Shown here in pieces: positions 9,501 to 19,786 of a DNA stretch of 64,000 nt. The translations under genes were made by a program, and so were the position numbers. This stretch comes from Azolla caroliniana. Lineage: Eukaryota; Plantae; Polypodiophyta. Under the pieces are notes generated by a model. That model searched no databases. It saw only the letters and a list, made by a program, of their open reading frames with translations, and was not told the DNA's origin. Every line of letters starts with the position of its first letter. Position 1 is the stretch's first letter. The stretch spans positions 16,802,001-16,866,000 of the forward strand of contig JBHGNT010000007.1 of NCBI GenBank assembly GCA_043228905.1, in the 5' to 3' direction.

Positions 9501-10189
9501 ACGACATCACGAAGGATGTGTGCGGTCGAGCGAACCAAGAGGGCCAAGAGGGTGTTCCTCCGAGCGAAACGGAGGTCGGGGAAGAAAGGTACCTTTCCGA
9601 AAGGGTACGCGAAGAGGAGCGGAATGCGAAACGTGCAATGCGGCCGCATGAGGGCCAAGCAACGAGCACGGGAACGATGGTATGCTCTACGGCGAGAGAG
9701 CACGGCAAGCACGGGAAAGGCGGAATCCGGCGTGCAACCGGAGAGATCGGGAGAGCATCCGGAGGCTATACGAGGCGGACAAAAGAAGAGCAACCGGGTC
9801 GGCAACGGCGTTCGGGAGGACCGATCGGGGAAGAAGGCGCGGGCATCGGAAACGGCGGTCCGGATGTAGACGGTGGTTCAAAGAATCACGATGGACGTGG
9901 CGGATCGGGTGGAGGCAACGACTCGGCGAACGTTGTCAAGTGTGGCGGATCGGATGGAGCCGACAGTTCGAGACCATTCGGTGGAGATGGTGGGCCGGAA
10001 GGCGACGGTGGTTCGTGTGGACGGGGTGGACTTGCTCGAAGTGGAAGACAAAGCCGGGCAAGCCCACGAGGTTGTCAAGGGCTCGGTTGGCCGCCTTGGC
10101 CGAAAATCTCGCGTTTTGTCCCCTTTTGGCACATACCGGTGGATGTGCGGTTAGGTGGGGGCGGATGTCGTGAAGATTTTCGTCCATAG
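6506..10189 (+). CDS. 1227-aa protein: N-terminal Gag capsid-like domain plus long acidic G/E/A-rich repetitive tail
   Basis: First ~200 aa align with element A Gag (GRFDGKEVPKFL/GRFTGKDATKYL, SWESFEGAL/TWEEFEGRL, KVLLFL/RVLLFI, GLTEEW/GLTADW); no CCHC, PR, RT or IN motifs; stop lies inside the 3' LTR. Confidence 0.8.
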   Translation: MEEGFDFEEMMTKILMDAGRKRARREAAQQAVERVVRLVGRFDGKEVPKFLRAYDAEMTRMGVDEATRLEFFRRAAAASKYEEVKELQEAHESWESFEGALMEAYGCAESEVRGRREFDRWVASARRHRSAIEAFREFERRFSQLSEWERRSVGADKVLLFLETVHHEERTDIMFELQDDYGAHGLTEEWPEVEWVCRQHEARRSATTRPASGGEERATTDYAMPPDESSSRTGLEGLDLQALIREACGLVMAKIEAEEWLIAGSGPSGSEDAEEGASSHMEDGAYAEAEREWYIGTTGEGAERTALSTWGKRTAMDEADIYGAMDATSRVGGSFGTRLHETFYEDFASILEACEMEEEEETSVGVATFHTPALEASAVGPSAGTRPRATDGGGGKADNRNEDETGEEEAAASILDACETEDGVATDDDVRMEVATDERSGGVATFHTPVLETPAPGPRAGERPRVTDGGGGKGGNRNDDDMGEGAERATLSSCGEWTAKDEAGDYKAESATSKVGGRFGARRPKTSSGEEASGGAATFHTPALEASAVGPSAGTRPRTTGGGGGKAGKQNDAENGEEEVVASILEAYGIGDGGAADNDVRTKAATETTSGGAGSLPTPILEAPMAGPSAGIRLSATGGDGGKAGNGNEKEDWSGRRQDPLTPGPETSAVVLECQRETGEMGGDREKVRPGESAYEDEYAGPGMGVYGGSDGEDRSGNEERVGNRPDRNTARKRKRVRAGEPGPNRRKPARPIGRLRLRLRLRWEPVSARWRLTGHDDHGSGEKRKQTRPSIPTLEATAVADQHKTGETAGGGEESEAGAYEVTGTDIRYEMVDGWVQDGEPVSERATATKEEKTDTEVGSTAEERDEMHAIRPMEGQETSMPTKEPHRATEDDGRITPSRGEYEEEGGDDKTWHDAREDWWEEVAYGEAKTGGHEDKAREGSSTPAIETPAVGASADVRPRVADGGGEGTKATTDEGTERGIREVAENEDVCAQKNEHDITKDVCGRANQEGQEGVPPSETEVGEERYLSERVREEERNAKRAMRPHEGQATSTGTMVCSTAREHGKHGKGGIRRATGEIGRASGGYTRRTKEEQPGRQRRSGGPIGEEGAGIGNGGPDVDGGSKNHDGRGGSGGGNDSANVVKCGGSDGADSSRPFGGDGGPEGDGGSCGRGGLARSGRQSRASPRGCQGLGWPPWPKISRFVPFWHIPVDVRLGGGGCREDFRP

Positions 10190-10853
10190 GCGGAAACCCG
10201 AGCGAAGCAAGCAAACCCGCGATGTGCAACGTTGCACATCACCATGTTGTATTTCTATTTATCGATAGTGATAAGTATGGTGCTAGAAATGCACCTTAGG
10301 ATTTGTAAAGTGTAAAGGTGATGTGCTTTTGCGCGCACATTCACGTGAGAGAGAGAGAGATAGGTACATAGTAGTTCGTGTAGAGATGGGAGTTAAGACC
10401 CATCCTTCCCACCTCCCCTAAAATCAAGGGAAATATCCCCATTGATTGAAAGGGGATATTTTGTAGCACCTTTATGTAACGGTCTTCCCTCCTTGTGCTA
10501 TAAAGGGAGAGGAAGAGCACCATTGTGGGGGTTGCCTTATTTTGAGTGTGAGTGAGGTATACCATTTCGTTTTAGGGTTTCGGGTTCCTTAGTTAGGGTT
10601 TCTTTCCTTCTTCGTCGGATTAGGGTTTTGGGTTTATCATAGTCGTTTGGTGCGGCCTACGCGGCCGCCATTTTGTAATCGGTTTTCGGTTCTAATATAT
10701 ATTGTTGAGCATTTGGCCTCCATCTTCCTCTTGTTCATTCTTTCTCTTCTTGTGCTAAGCTCCATTCCGAAGTCCTATTCCTTCTCCCCTTCTCCTTAGT
10801 CCAAGACCCCCGTGGTTCCGCCCTTCTCCACGCACGCGCGTAACAACGCGACA
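10166..10853 (+). repeat. Element B 3' LTR
   Basis: Copy of 5776-6463 at offset 4390. Confidence 0.95.
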
Positions 10854-10857
10854 ACGG

Positions 10858-11417
10858 GCTCTTGACGGGCTATAAAAAGGAAAAGGAAGAATAGAAGTGG
10901 GGTATCTCCCGCGGAGAGGACGAAGTGCTGCCGAACCGATTTCGGAGCTTCTCTCTCACTCCTGCTCTCTCTGTCTTCTGCTCCATCGCGTACCTGTGCA
11001 GGTTTCGAGGAGGCTTGCGTTGTTCCGTGGAACGCCCCGAGTGCGTCCTGCAGCACCTCCGACCTGTTTTCCCCTTTCTGTGCGTCGCGACATACAGGGG
11101 TCGGCAGCTGTTCGCCGCCCTGTTCGTTTTCGTTAGTATCTATTTTGTGCCCCACCGTGGGTTGTAATACTTTAGTCTGTTATTTTCTTGCATTCATAAG
11201 CACATATCTCTCGTTGTTGCGTCCATCTGCGTCGGCGTTTATTTGTGATCCCTGTTTGTTGGGCCGTGTCCCTGTGCAATCGTCGGTTCTGCGCAATCGG
11301 ATCTTCGGTTCTGTGTAATCGGGTCTCTCTCTCTTACTCCTCTCTCTCTTGCTCTTCGGTTCGAGACCCCCGTGGTCCCTCCTCCTTTCTACACGCAAGG
11401 GCGTAGCAACCCCGACA
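10858..11417 (+). repeat. Right part of element A 3' LTR
   Basis: TATAAAA at 10871; family U5 motif GACCCCCGTGGT at 11365; ends GACA. Confidence 0.8.
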
Positions 11418-11789
11418 ACGCAGTAGAGGCAACCAACCTAACCCAAATCCCTGCAGAAGCAACAATGATAGTGGTGGAGAGAGCTCGGTTCCCAGTCCGA
11501 CAGCCTTTCGTCCTCGAAAATGCGCGATCCCCCATTCTCCCCCTTTTCCTCTCCTTTTATAGCACAAGGAGAGAGAGTTGTTACAGACTGTTACATCACT
11601 TTTATTCTCTGTCCTTCTGGACAGAGATCCTCTTCGATCCCCTACTTAACGAATTCGTGCTACCTAGGATAATTACATCATCGACCTGTACTTAACTATG
11701 TAAATACATCAAAACATGTGCCCGTGTGTAAGGGCCGGTTCACGCACACTACCCACCGATTCCTCCTAGGGACGGTTTTCTGCACGACA
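11418..11789 (-). mobile_element. LTR of a related gypsy element (C), interrupted by element A
   Basis: Minus strand begins TGTCGTGCAGAAAACCGTCCCTAGGAGGAATCGG, similar to element A LTR start; carries CCTTGTGCTATAAAAGGAGAGG TATA context like element B. Confidence 0.75.
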
Positions 11790-12616
11790 CCGCGTGCCCC
11801 CTTCCTGCTGTAATGTCGTGTCGTTGCACGCCACCTTCCTTTTGTGACTGGGTGGCCACGCTCTCTGAGCTGCTCGGAGCTACTCCTCTTTATGCCAGAC
11901 GGTCGAGGCTTCGGCGGAACTCGTGGGACTTCGTCCCGGTTGAAACGGTCGACTTCTTCGACCTCGCCCATCTCGATGCGCCGCCTCTCGACTCTCCTTC
12001 TAGAAGTCTTCGGCCTCCAACTCCATCCTCCCTTGCCACCCTTCACTTCAGGTTCACCAAAGATGTCGCGGAAATCCGCGCTTGCATGTCGAATCCAGGC
12101 GGGACCACTGGGGTCATGGACCAAGAGGGGAGGAGTTGCCGGAAACCCGAATCCTCTGGAGCTTGTAGCATTGCCGGCCGGTTCGATCCCGGATGGTCAC
12201 CGGGTCAGACCTTGCCGGTTGGTTCCGGAAACTCTCTGGACGTGATTGGTAATCGCATGGGAAGTGAGAGAACGCGCCCTCATCTCTGCGGCCCTTCACG
12301 TCGTATGTACAAGGGCCTCAAAAGAGGCTCGGGTCACATCCCGGTTAGTTGTGTCCGCGCACACGCACGCACACATTTACACCCGGTTACTGCCGGCACA
12401 CCTACCCCGGCAACCACGCACGCACCCGCACTCGAACCCTATGCTAACCAAAAATGCACACACACATATCCACACCTAAGCTAACCAGAGAAACACACAC
12501 ACATACATAGATATTTACATGATGCCCGTGGTGACGTTGGTGTCACTCGACAAGCGTGAGAGGGCATGCATCCCAGGATCGGTCGGGAAGCACGCGTGCT
12601 GCGTGTTCGCGCGACA
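11790..12616 (-). mobile_element. Older relative of element B (D): 553-bp LTR 12064-12616, Trp PBS 12042-12059, decayed gag start
   Basis: TGTCGCG/CGCGACA termini; TCTT spacer plus TGGTGAACCTGAAGTGAA; remnant peptide VDRFNRDEVP resembles VGRFDGKEVP. Confidence 0.72.
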
Positions 12617-13242
12617 GGATCCTCGTGTAGGGCACCTCTCTGCTAGAACCGTCTCCTATCACCAAGCGGCCTACCGGGAGCACTTGGGCTCACCGGCTCG
12701 AATGGGTCTTGCATGCCGAGGAGTGAAACCTGCCACCGAACTTCTGAGCGCACGGGTTCACCACCACGATAGAAACTGACACCCACACACGCACACAGAC
12801 ACACTGGGATGCAGCGTACTGAGAACCCACAGAAGGCGAAGACAACCCACACGCTGCCTGTCGCAACCGAACACACCCAACTACGCAGGCACACAGACGA
12901 AACCCTAATAGAGATAAAGTGTTCAAGAATAGAGACAGAGGCAAAACCCGAACTTATACACAGAAGTTTATTAACAAAATGGAACCTCAAAAAGAGGAAC
13001 AGAACCCAAATACCAAAAAAAAATGGGAACCCCTTTACAAGGGACGCTCCCTTCCTTTTATAGAACAAGGAGAGGGATGTGTAACAATGTGGGAGAAATA
13101 TGGGATTCTCTATCCCGACTTAACTCCTACTCAGCACCCCTATCACCTCCAGTATTTGTACAAGGGTGAGTGCACATGGACCACCCCGCTGATTCTTCCG
13201 ATATTCCCCGGTTTCTCACCATGCCCTGGAATCTTCATGACA
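12617..13242 (-). mobile_element. LTR fragment of a fifth family member (E) inserted in the copia
   Basis: Minus strand starts TGTCATGAAGATTCC, similar to element B LTR start; CTTGTTCTATAAAAGG TATA context near 13060; abrupt change from AT-rich copia sequence. Confidence 0.62.
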
Positions 13243-13590
13243 CCGTTTCTCCGCCATTAATGGAGATAATGAGGTTATTATATTTAGCGTGTCAGGCTGA
13301 GAGCATGCAGCAGGGTTGTTGTGACATGAAACACAGGGGCTTGAGTTCTCAATGGTTGTCCCTTGATGCTGGGATTTCGTGTGCATCTGTGATGGAGACT
13401 CTTTTGATACATCATCCGGAGATGTAATCCGAGATCATTGGCTCATTCGGGTAAATACAATTGTGCTCAGTTTCCACCAAGTGTGGTAGACATCCGGGAT
13501 CTTGTCCATCTTCACTAGTTATAGTATATCCATTTCTCTTTACAAGGGACAAATCATCAAATTTTACTGACCTACTATACATTTTCTTGC

Positions 13591-14787
13591 CTATTTGTGT
13601 GTTGAATATTTTGTATGCTTTGAGACCATTTTGCGCCCCATACCCAATGAACCATCCTCTGAAGCATCTATCATCGATCTGTGATGTGGATTTACATATA
13701 CATAGGCTATTGCACCAAAAATTTTGAGATGGAAAACATCGTGTATGTCACCATACCATAATGTAAATGGAATTTCGCCTTGTAATGTAGTGTGAGGAGT
13801 CCTATTTTGCATATAGCAAGTTGTGGATATCGCATCTTCCCAGAACCATTGTTTCATTTGTCCCGTTTTGAGACGACTACGAGCAACATTTAACAACGTT
13901 TTGTTCTTTCTTTCAGCAACGCCATTCTGCTGTGGAGTGTAGGGTATTGTTTTCTGATGAATTATTCCATTTTTGTCGAAACAAAACTCCCATTCTTGAG
14001 ATACATATTCTCCACCATTATCACTTCTCACCTTTTTAATTGTTCTTGATGTTTGATTTTTTGCAAGTTGTTTGTATTTACAGAATGGACCACACAGGTC
14101 TGTATAAACAAGTTGAAGTGGGAATTCTGTAACAATCTTGCTTTTGGCAAATGGATGATGAGACATCTTTTTGAACAAGCAGCTTTCACATATAGAAATA
14201 GCTTTGAAGCCTATTTCTAGTAATCCGTTCATTCTTTCTAATTGTTGACATTGTTGAAGTGCTAAAATATTCATGTGACCAAAACGACAATACCATAAAT
14301 ATGTAGGTGAGTGCATTGATTGTTTCTTTGTTTGCACAGGTGCAAGTAATGCATATGTTGATTGATTATGGACTGGATATAGATGTTGTTCTTTAGGACA
14401 TACAATCTGAATGGATAAGTTGCCATCTTGAAATTGTAGAATTGCTTTATCTTTGCAAAGCTGAATTGTTAGTCCATCTATTGTAGCTTGTCCGACTGAT
14501 AACAAATGTTTTGCCAATCCAAGCACATAATACACATTATGAATAGTAATTTGGTGATCTTTTGAAAGTTTGATTTTAATTTTACCTTTACCAATTGCAG
14601 ATTTCTTTCCTTTATCACCAAAAATCACTTGCAATTGATTGGAGAGAACTTGATAATCTTCTAGCCAGTCTCTTCGGTATGTGAGATGGTGTGTGGCACC
14701 AGTATCCAGGTACCATGTGCCATAATTTGTTTTCAATTCTTCTGTCGTGACGTGGTATGCTTGAATAATGTTTCCTTCTTCTGGCAT
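13591..14787 (-). pseudogene. Copia protease/integrase remnant
   Basis: Copia PR and IN motifs with an internal deletion (DLCGPF joined to KYKQLAK) and a terminal frameshift. Confidence 0.85.
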
Positions 14788-15164
14788 GTCGTCATAATCA
14801 CCCCCTGATTCTAAATAGCATTCTAATTTATCATCAGATTTATCCTCTAAAATGACATTGTTGGCTTGTGGTTGTTTCTTATTTTCAGCAAATTACTTGA
14901 ATCGACATACCCTCTCGGTGTGTCCTTCTCTCTTGTAATATTTGCAAACTAGTTTGAAGCCTCCACCAGGCTGAAGTTCTCTGTGATTCATTTCCCTTTC
15001 TTGAATTAGAGACTTCAATGAATTTGTAATTGTCAGATCTAGGCTTGTAGCGATTGTTATATGACAATTTTTGTGGTTTGTTGACTGCAGCAGTCATTGC
15101 CATTGATGGAGTAGAATTTTTAAGTTGTCGTTGCAGATTTTCATGAAGAACTTTTGTAATCAAA

Positions 15165-15476
15165 TTAGATAAGAAGTTACCCTGGCTATTCATAGTGATA
15201 AAAGTATTCCTAGATTCTGGAAGTTTGCTCAATAAGAGCCCAATCTTCATTTCTTCTGAGATTTCATTTTAGATAAGAAGTTACCCTGGCTATTCATAGT
15301 GATAAAAGTATTCCAAGATTCTGGAAGTTTGCTCAATAAGAGCCCAATCTTCATTTCTTCTGAGATTTCATTTTAGATAAGAAGTTACCCTGGCTATTCA
15401 TAGTGATAAAAGTATTCCAAGATTCTGGAAGTTTGCTCAATAAGAGCCCAATCTTCATTTCTTCTGAGATTTCATT
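15165..15476. repeat. Tandem triplication of a 104-bp piece of copia gag
   Basis: TTAGATAAGAAGTTACCCTGG... starts at 15165, 15269 and 15373; near-identical copies. Confidence 0.92.
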
Positions 15477-17593
15477 GTTGTCATGTCTGTGACAGGAGAC
15501 ATACCTCGAAGAAGCCACCACTCATGTCAAGTTTTGAACTCTTGACCTCTTATATATAGTCAATTGCTGTGTTCTAACACGTCCAAATATATGGTCATGT
15601 TATGTATATCTTAGTAGATTATTTGTAGATTATGTATTTCAAGTTCTAGGAGTTTTTAGAAAGTTCTAGAGGGTTCTAGAATATTCTCCCGAATATTCTA
15701 ATGCATGTACTTTGACTCACAGTATAAATACTTGTAACCTCCTTGATCCCTTTCAAGGGATTCAACACCAGTCACTGACACACACATGGTCACTCATGCC
15801 CGTTGGTGTTCCAGTTCCCCGTGAAGACCGTACATGGTCGCTCACATCCGTCGGTGTTCCAATTCCTGGCGAGGGTCGCACATGGTCGTCGCTCACGCTC
15901 GTTGGTATTGCAATTCTAGGTGAGGATTGTACATGGTCTCTCACGCTCGTTGGTATTTGCGTTCCCGATGAGGACCGTACATGGTCTCTCATGCTCGTTG
16001 GTGTTCCAGTGCCTAGTGAGGACCACACATGGTCACCCACGCCCGTTGGTGTTCTAGTTCCCGGTGAGGACCGTACATGGTCGCTCACATTCGTTGGTGT
16101 TCGTGTCTCCGATGATGACAACACATGGTCGCTCACGCCCTTTGGTGTTTGCGTCTCCAGTGAGGACCATACATGGTTTGTCACGCTCGTTGGTGTTCTA
16201 GTTCCCGATGAGGTCCGTACATGGTCGCTCACGTCCATTGGTGTTCATGTCTCCGGTGAAGACCACACATGGTCACTCACGCCCGTTAGTGCTCCAATTC
16301 CCGGTGAGGACTGCACATGGTCGCTCACGTCCGTTGGTGTTCGTGTCTCCGGTGAGGACCACACATGGTCACTCACGCCCGTGTTCGCATCCCTGGTGAG
16401 GACCGTACATGGTCTCTCATGCCCGTTGGTGTTCACGTTCCCGGTGAGGACCGCATATGGTCGCTCACGTCAGTTGGTGTTCACGTCTCCAATGAGGTCC
16501 GCACATGGTTGCTCACGCTCGTTGGTGTTCCAGTTCCCGGTAAGGACCACACATGGTTGCTCATTTCCGTTGGTGTTCGTGTCTCCGGTGAGGGCTGTAC
16601 ATGGTCTCTCACACCAGTTGGTGTTCGTGTCTCCGGTGAGGCCCGTACATGGTCGCACACACCCGTTGGTGTTCCAGTTCCCGGTGAGGACCGCACATGG
16701 TTGCTCACGTCCGTTGGTGTTCCTGTCTTCGATGAGGACCGCACATGGTCGCTCTCTCATGTTGGTGTTCCAGTCTTCGATGAGGACCGCAGATGGTCGC
16801 TCATGCTCGTTGGTGTTCCAGTTCCCGGTGAGAACCGTACATGGTCGCTCACACTCACGTTGGTATTCCAGTCTCTGGTGAGGACCAACTGTGGTTGCTC
16901 ACGCTGACGTTGGTGTTCCAGTATCCCATGAGGACCGTACATGGTCGCTCACCCCCTTGGTGTTCCAATCTCCGGTGAGGACCACACATGGTCGCTCGCG
17001 TTCACTCGTGCTCCTATTTCTGGTGAGGACTGCTCATGGTCACTCACTCCTCCACATCAACTCACCCCTACACCATGCTTTCGAAAAGGCGGCCGTAAAG
17101 GGGAGGATAATGTCACAGACATGACAACAATCATATCAAGATTTGAACTCTTGACCTCTTATATATAGTCAACTGTTGTGTTCTAACCAACACGTCCAAA
17201 TATATGGTCATGTTATGTATATCTTAGTAGATTATTTATAGATTATGTATTTCAAGTTCTAGGAGTTTTTAGAAAGTTCTAGAACTAGAAGGTTCTAGAG
17301 GGTTCTAGAATATTCTCCTGAATATTCTAATGCATGTACTTCGACTCACAGTATAAATACTTGTAACCTCCTTGATCCCTTTCAAGGGATTCAACACTAG
17401 TCATTGACACATCAATCTAGTATTCTTGTTTCATTCCATCTTGTCTCCTTCATCTATGTCGCCATGCTCTTCATAGCTTGCTAAGTTCATAGTTTCATCA
17501 CTCACAACTTCTAGAGTTCTTAGCCTTGTCATTTCTAGTTCCACGTTCATCATCTATGCTCCATCCTAGTTCGCACTTGGTGTGTCTGTGACA
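15475..17593 (+). mobile_element. Non-coding deleted LTR element carrying a 48-bp tandem array
   Basis: 3' LTR 17111-17593 (TGTCACAGAC...GTCTGTGACA); PPT AAAGGGGAGGATAA 17097-17110; partial 5' LTR 15522-15782; TCTCC TSD recoverable after undoing a micro-inversion. Confidence 0.85.
15781..17050. repeat. 48-bp minisatellite, about 26 diverged copies
   Basis: Consensus about CGTACATGGTCGCTCACGCCCGTTGGTGTTCCAGTTCCCGGTGAGGAC; 16-aa periodicity in overlapping ORFs. Confidence 0.93.
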
Positions 17594-19786
17594 TCTCCCA
17601 AGTATCCAAGAAGGTAAGAACATCTTCTTCTTCCTGCAAAACACACATGTGAAACAGGGTAGCAAGAGTATGGATTCTAGTAGTACCATCTTGTGGTTCA
17701 AACATTTGTTTTAGTTTGGACTACATTTCTGCACCAATTGTGAGTTTTCAAATGGCATCAGCCTGCCTGTCTTCTACATGTAGTAGTATTTCACGTTTTG
17801 CTCGTTTATCTTAGTTTTTCCATTCTTTCCATGCTTTTGATTGTGTGCCTTTTGGTGCTTCACAGGTTCCCGTGGTGACTTCAAGTAGCTCCTCCAAGTC
17901 AAGTGGTAGCTCCATCCTTGGTTTCCAAATTCTGTAGTTCTTTGCATTAAGTTTATCTACCAAGTATTTTCTTGCCTGAGTGGATCTTGCCATAATGTTG
18001 AGGTTGTTGTCTCATTTTCTCTTCATTCTTTCTTTTTCTTTTTCTTTTCTTTTTCAAAAGTAGAGTATGGAGTGGGAGGTATATTTTCAGACTTCATACT
18101 ACTGACGCTCTGATACCATGTAAGGAAATGAGAGATACATGAACAGAAATGAGGAGAATTGCAACTGTTATGTAATAGATAATAAGATGGGATTACAAGC
18201 TGGAATACAACTACAAGGGTTAATTGCTACAACAACTAGAGCATAAAATACCACCCTCTAACGTTCTTGGTTTGCTCTTTATATAATAGAGGAAGTGGAG
18301 GGAACGTTGGATGTGTTTGAAAAATATAGTTACTAATAAAAAGAAAACAGTAATAGTTAATAATAGTAACTAATCTAGATGTGGTGTAGAGTTAATGTGG
18401 CAACTAAAAGTAGTTGCCCTGAAACAGTTTTGTTGTTTCTAACATCTACAACTCACAAATAAAAATAGTGGATGCTTTTTTATTTTAGCATGCACCAGGC
18501 TTTTTTTCCACTTATACACTCTACTTTTTCTTTAGCACCTAATATTAACAAAAGCTAATTTTAATGTCTACTATTCCATTCCATTCATTCATCCACTTAG
18601 TCTTCTATGGTCCAAATAGGGCTCTAACCTCTAACCTCCCACTCATGGCACAAGCTCTTACAAATTAAGCTAAGCCTTTTCGTTTTTTAGTTTAACTCAT
18701 CATATTAATACAATCGATCTATCATTTAACCTTTTTTATATTCCTAATTTAACTTATTTCCTCGCATACACTTTCCACATCATGACAACACTACCCAGAA
18801 TAATGATATAGTCGGCCAAGTACGTGATTTTTGACGTGCAACATAACAATGGTTTTGAACACTTGATACAGAAATTCCTTGAGTCCTCTGACCTTGCGAC
18901 AACCCCACCTAGTCCTAAAATTGACATTGTAGAACCGCATCCTCCTCTTCTAATAGTTAGCAAAGAAAGTTGTTATTGAGCCTTTGGAGGAGGGGGAGAT
19001 TGTGGATATGTTGTCGAAGGAATCAACACTTGCTCAATAGGTGAAAGAGACCAAAGAAAATGGGCAATCATCTAGAAAAAGATCGAAGAAGGGAGCACCA
19101 TCAGGGAAAAGACTAGTTACTCAGTCAACAAGCTAGAGTTCCTTTTTAATGAACTTATTTACTGGATTTTCCTTTCGGAGTTAGATTCCCAGGGATGTGA
19201 GGAGTCGTAAAGAAGACCATTGATTCCACGACTTTTGGATCCACACACACAAATTCTTTAGGAATGAAGGTGAATGCTTTTCCATGTCTTTCTAGCATCC
19301 TCCTGATGGTGAATCTACTCAAGTCCCAACCCATATTCTTAGAAAAGTGTGAAACTTATAAACAAAACTAGAATTTACAGTTTTCTATGTTGCAAACCCC
19401 CCCCCCTCTCCCGAAATCAAATGATATCATGCTAACCAAACGTGGATTATGAGTGGGTGATTCAATCAAAACTAGGCCTCATGCGAATGTTTGGATATAA
19501 CAATTCAGGCTAGGTAAGCCTAAGGTTAACGGCCTAAAAACATTTAAGGGAAACTAAGTGTGGACTTGAACCTTCGGCAAGCACTTGATATTGATTCCAA
19601 ACATCTTGCTAGAGTGTGAGGTTAGGATCAAATACTTTATGTTTTTTTTCTCTATTTTACTGATACATATGTGAATATCCGAAATGGCCCTAAGCTTTTG
19701 ATTATTTCGTCGAATGCCCCTCACTTCTCCCCCGGGAAATTCTGCTTGTCCCCTGTTTCCTCTGCCCACAGGCCCCATGACAAACA

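Larger units (their letters stand above)
5776..10853 (+). mobile_element. Non-autonomous gag-only LTR element (element B, TR-GAG-like) nested in element A 3' LTR
   Basis: Two 688-bp LTRs (TGTC...GACA) identical by eye; ACGG duplicated at 5772-5775 and 10854-10857; tRNA-Trp PBS; PPT 10151-10165; one ORF, no pol. Confidence 0.93.
1..11417 (+). mobile_element. Ty3/gypsy non-chromovirus LTR retrotransposon (element A); 5' LTR lies left of the window; 3' LTR split by element B
   Basis: gag-PR, RT-RH, IN domain order; PPT TTAGGTGGGGGCGGA 5602-5616; LTR starts TGTCGTGAAG at 5617, resumes at 10858 and ends CCCCGACA at 11417; no chromodomain after the GPY/F motif. Confidence 0.92.
13243..18444 (-). 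mobile_element. Decayed Ty1/copia element (5' LTR ~18119-18444, gag, PR, IN); RT half displaced left of the window
   Basis: tRNA-iMet PBS TGGTATCAGAGC at 18107-18118; gag start KLNAKNYRIWK; WYLDTGATHH; VRSDNGGEY, TPQQNGVAER; stops and frameshifts. Confidence 0.88.

Noticed and set aside
6506-10189. Element B ORF as an env-like or host gene
   Set aside because: No signal peptide or transmembrane segment; it sits directly after the PBS and its N-terminus is Gag-homologous
89-10229. Many overlapping short ORFs on both strands within elements A and B
   Set aside because: Expected shadow ORFs in GC-rich coding DNA; no recognisable domains
12753-12763. Third tRNA-Trp PBS-like match (TGGTGAACCCG, minus strand)
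   Set aside because: Only 11 nt, with no adjacent ...GACA LTR terminus
15712-16907. 389-aa and 180-aa repeat ORFs as real genes
   Set aside because: Non-ATG starts, a frameshift mid-array, and explained by a 48-bp unit lacking stops in some frames
15781-17050. CRISPR-like appearance of the regular array
   Set aside because: Units are contiguous diverged tandem repeats with no unique spacers, no cas genes, and a eukaryotic context
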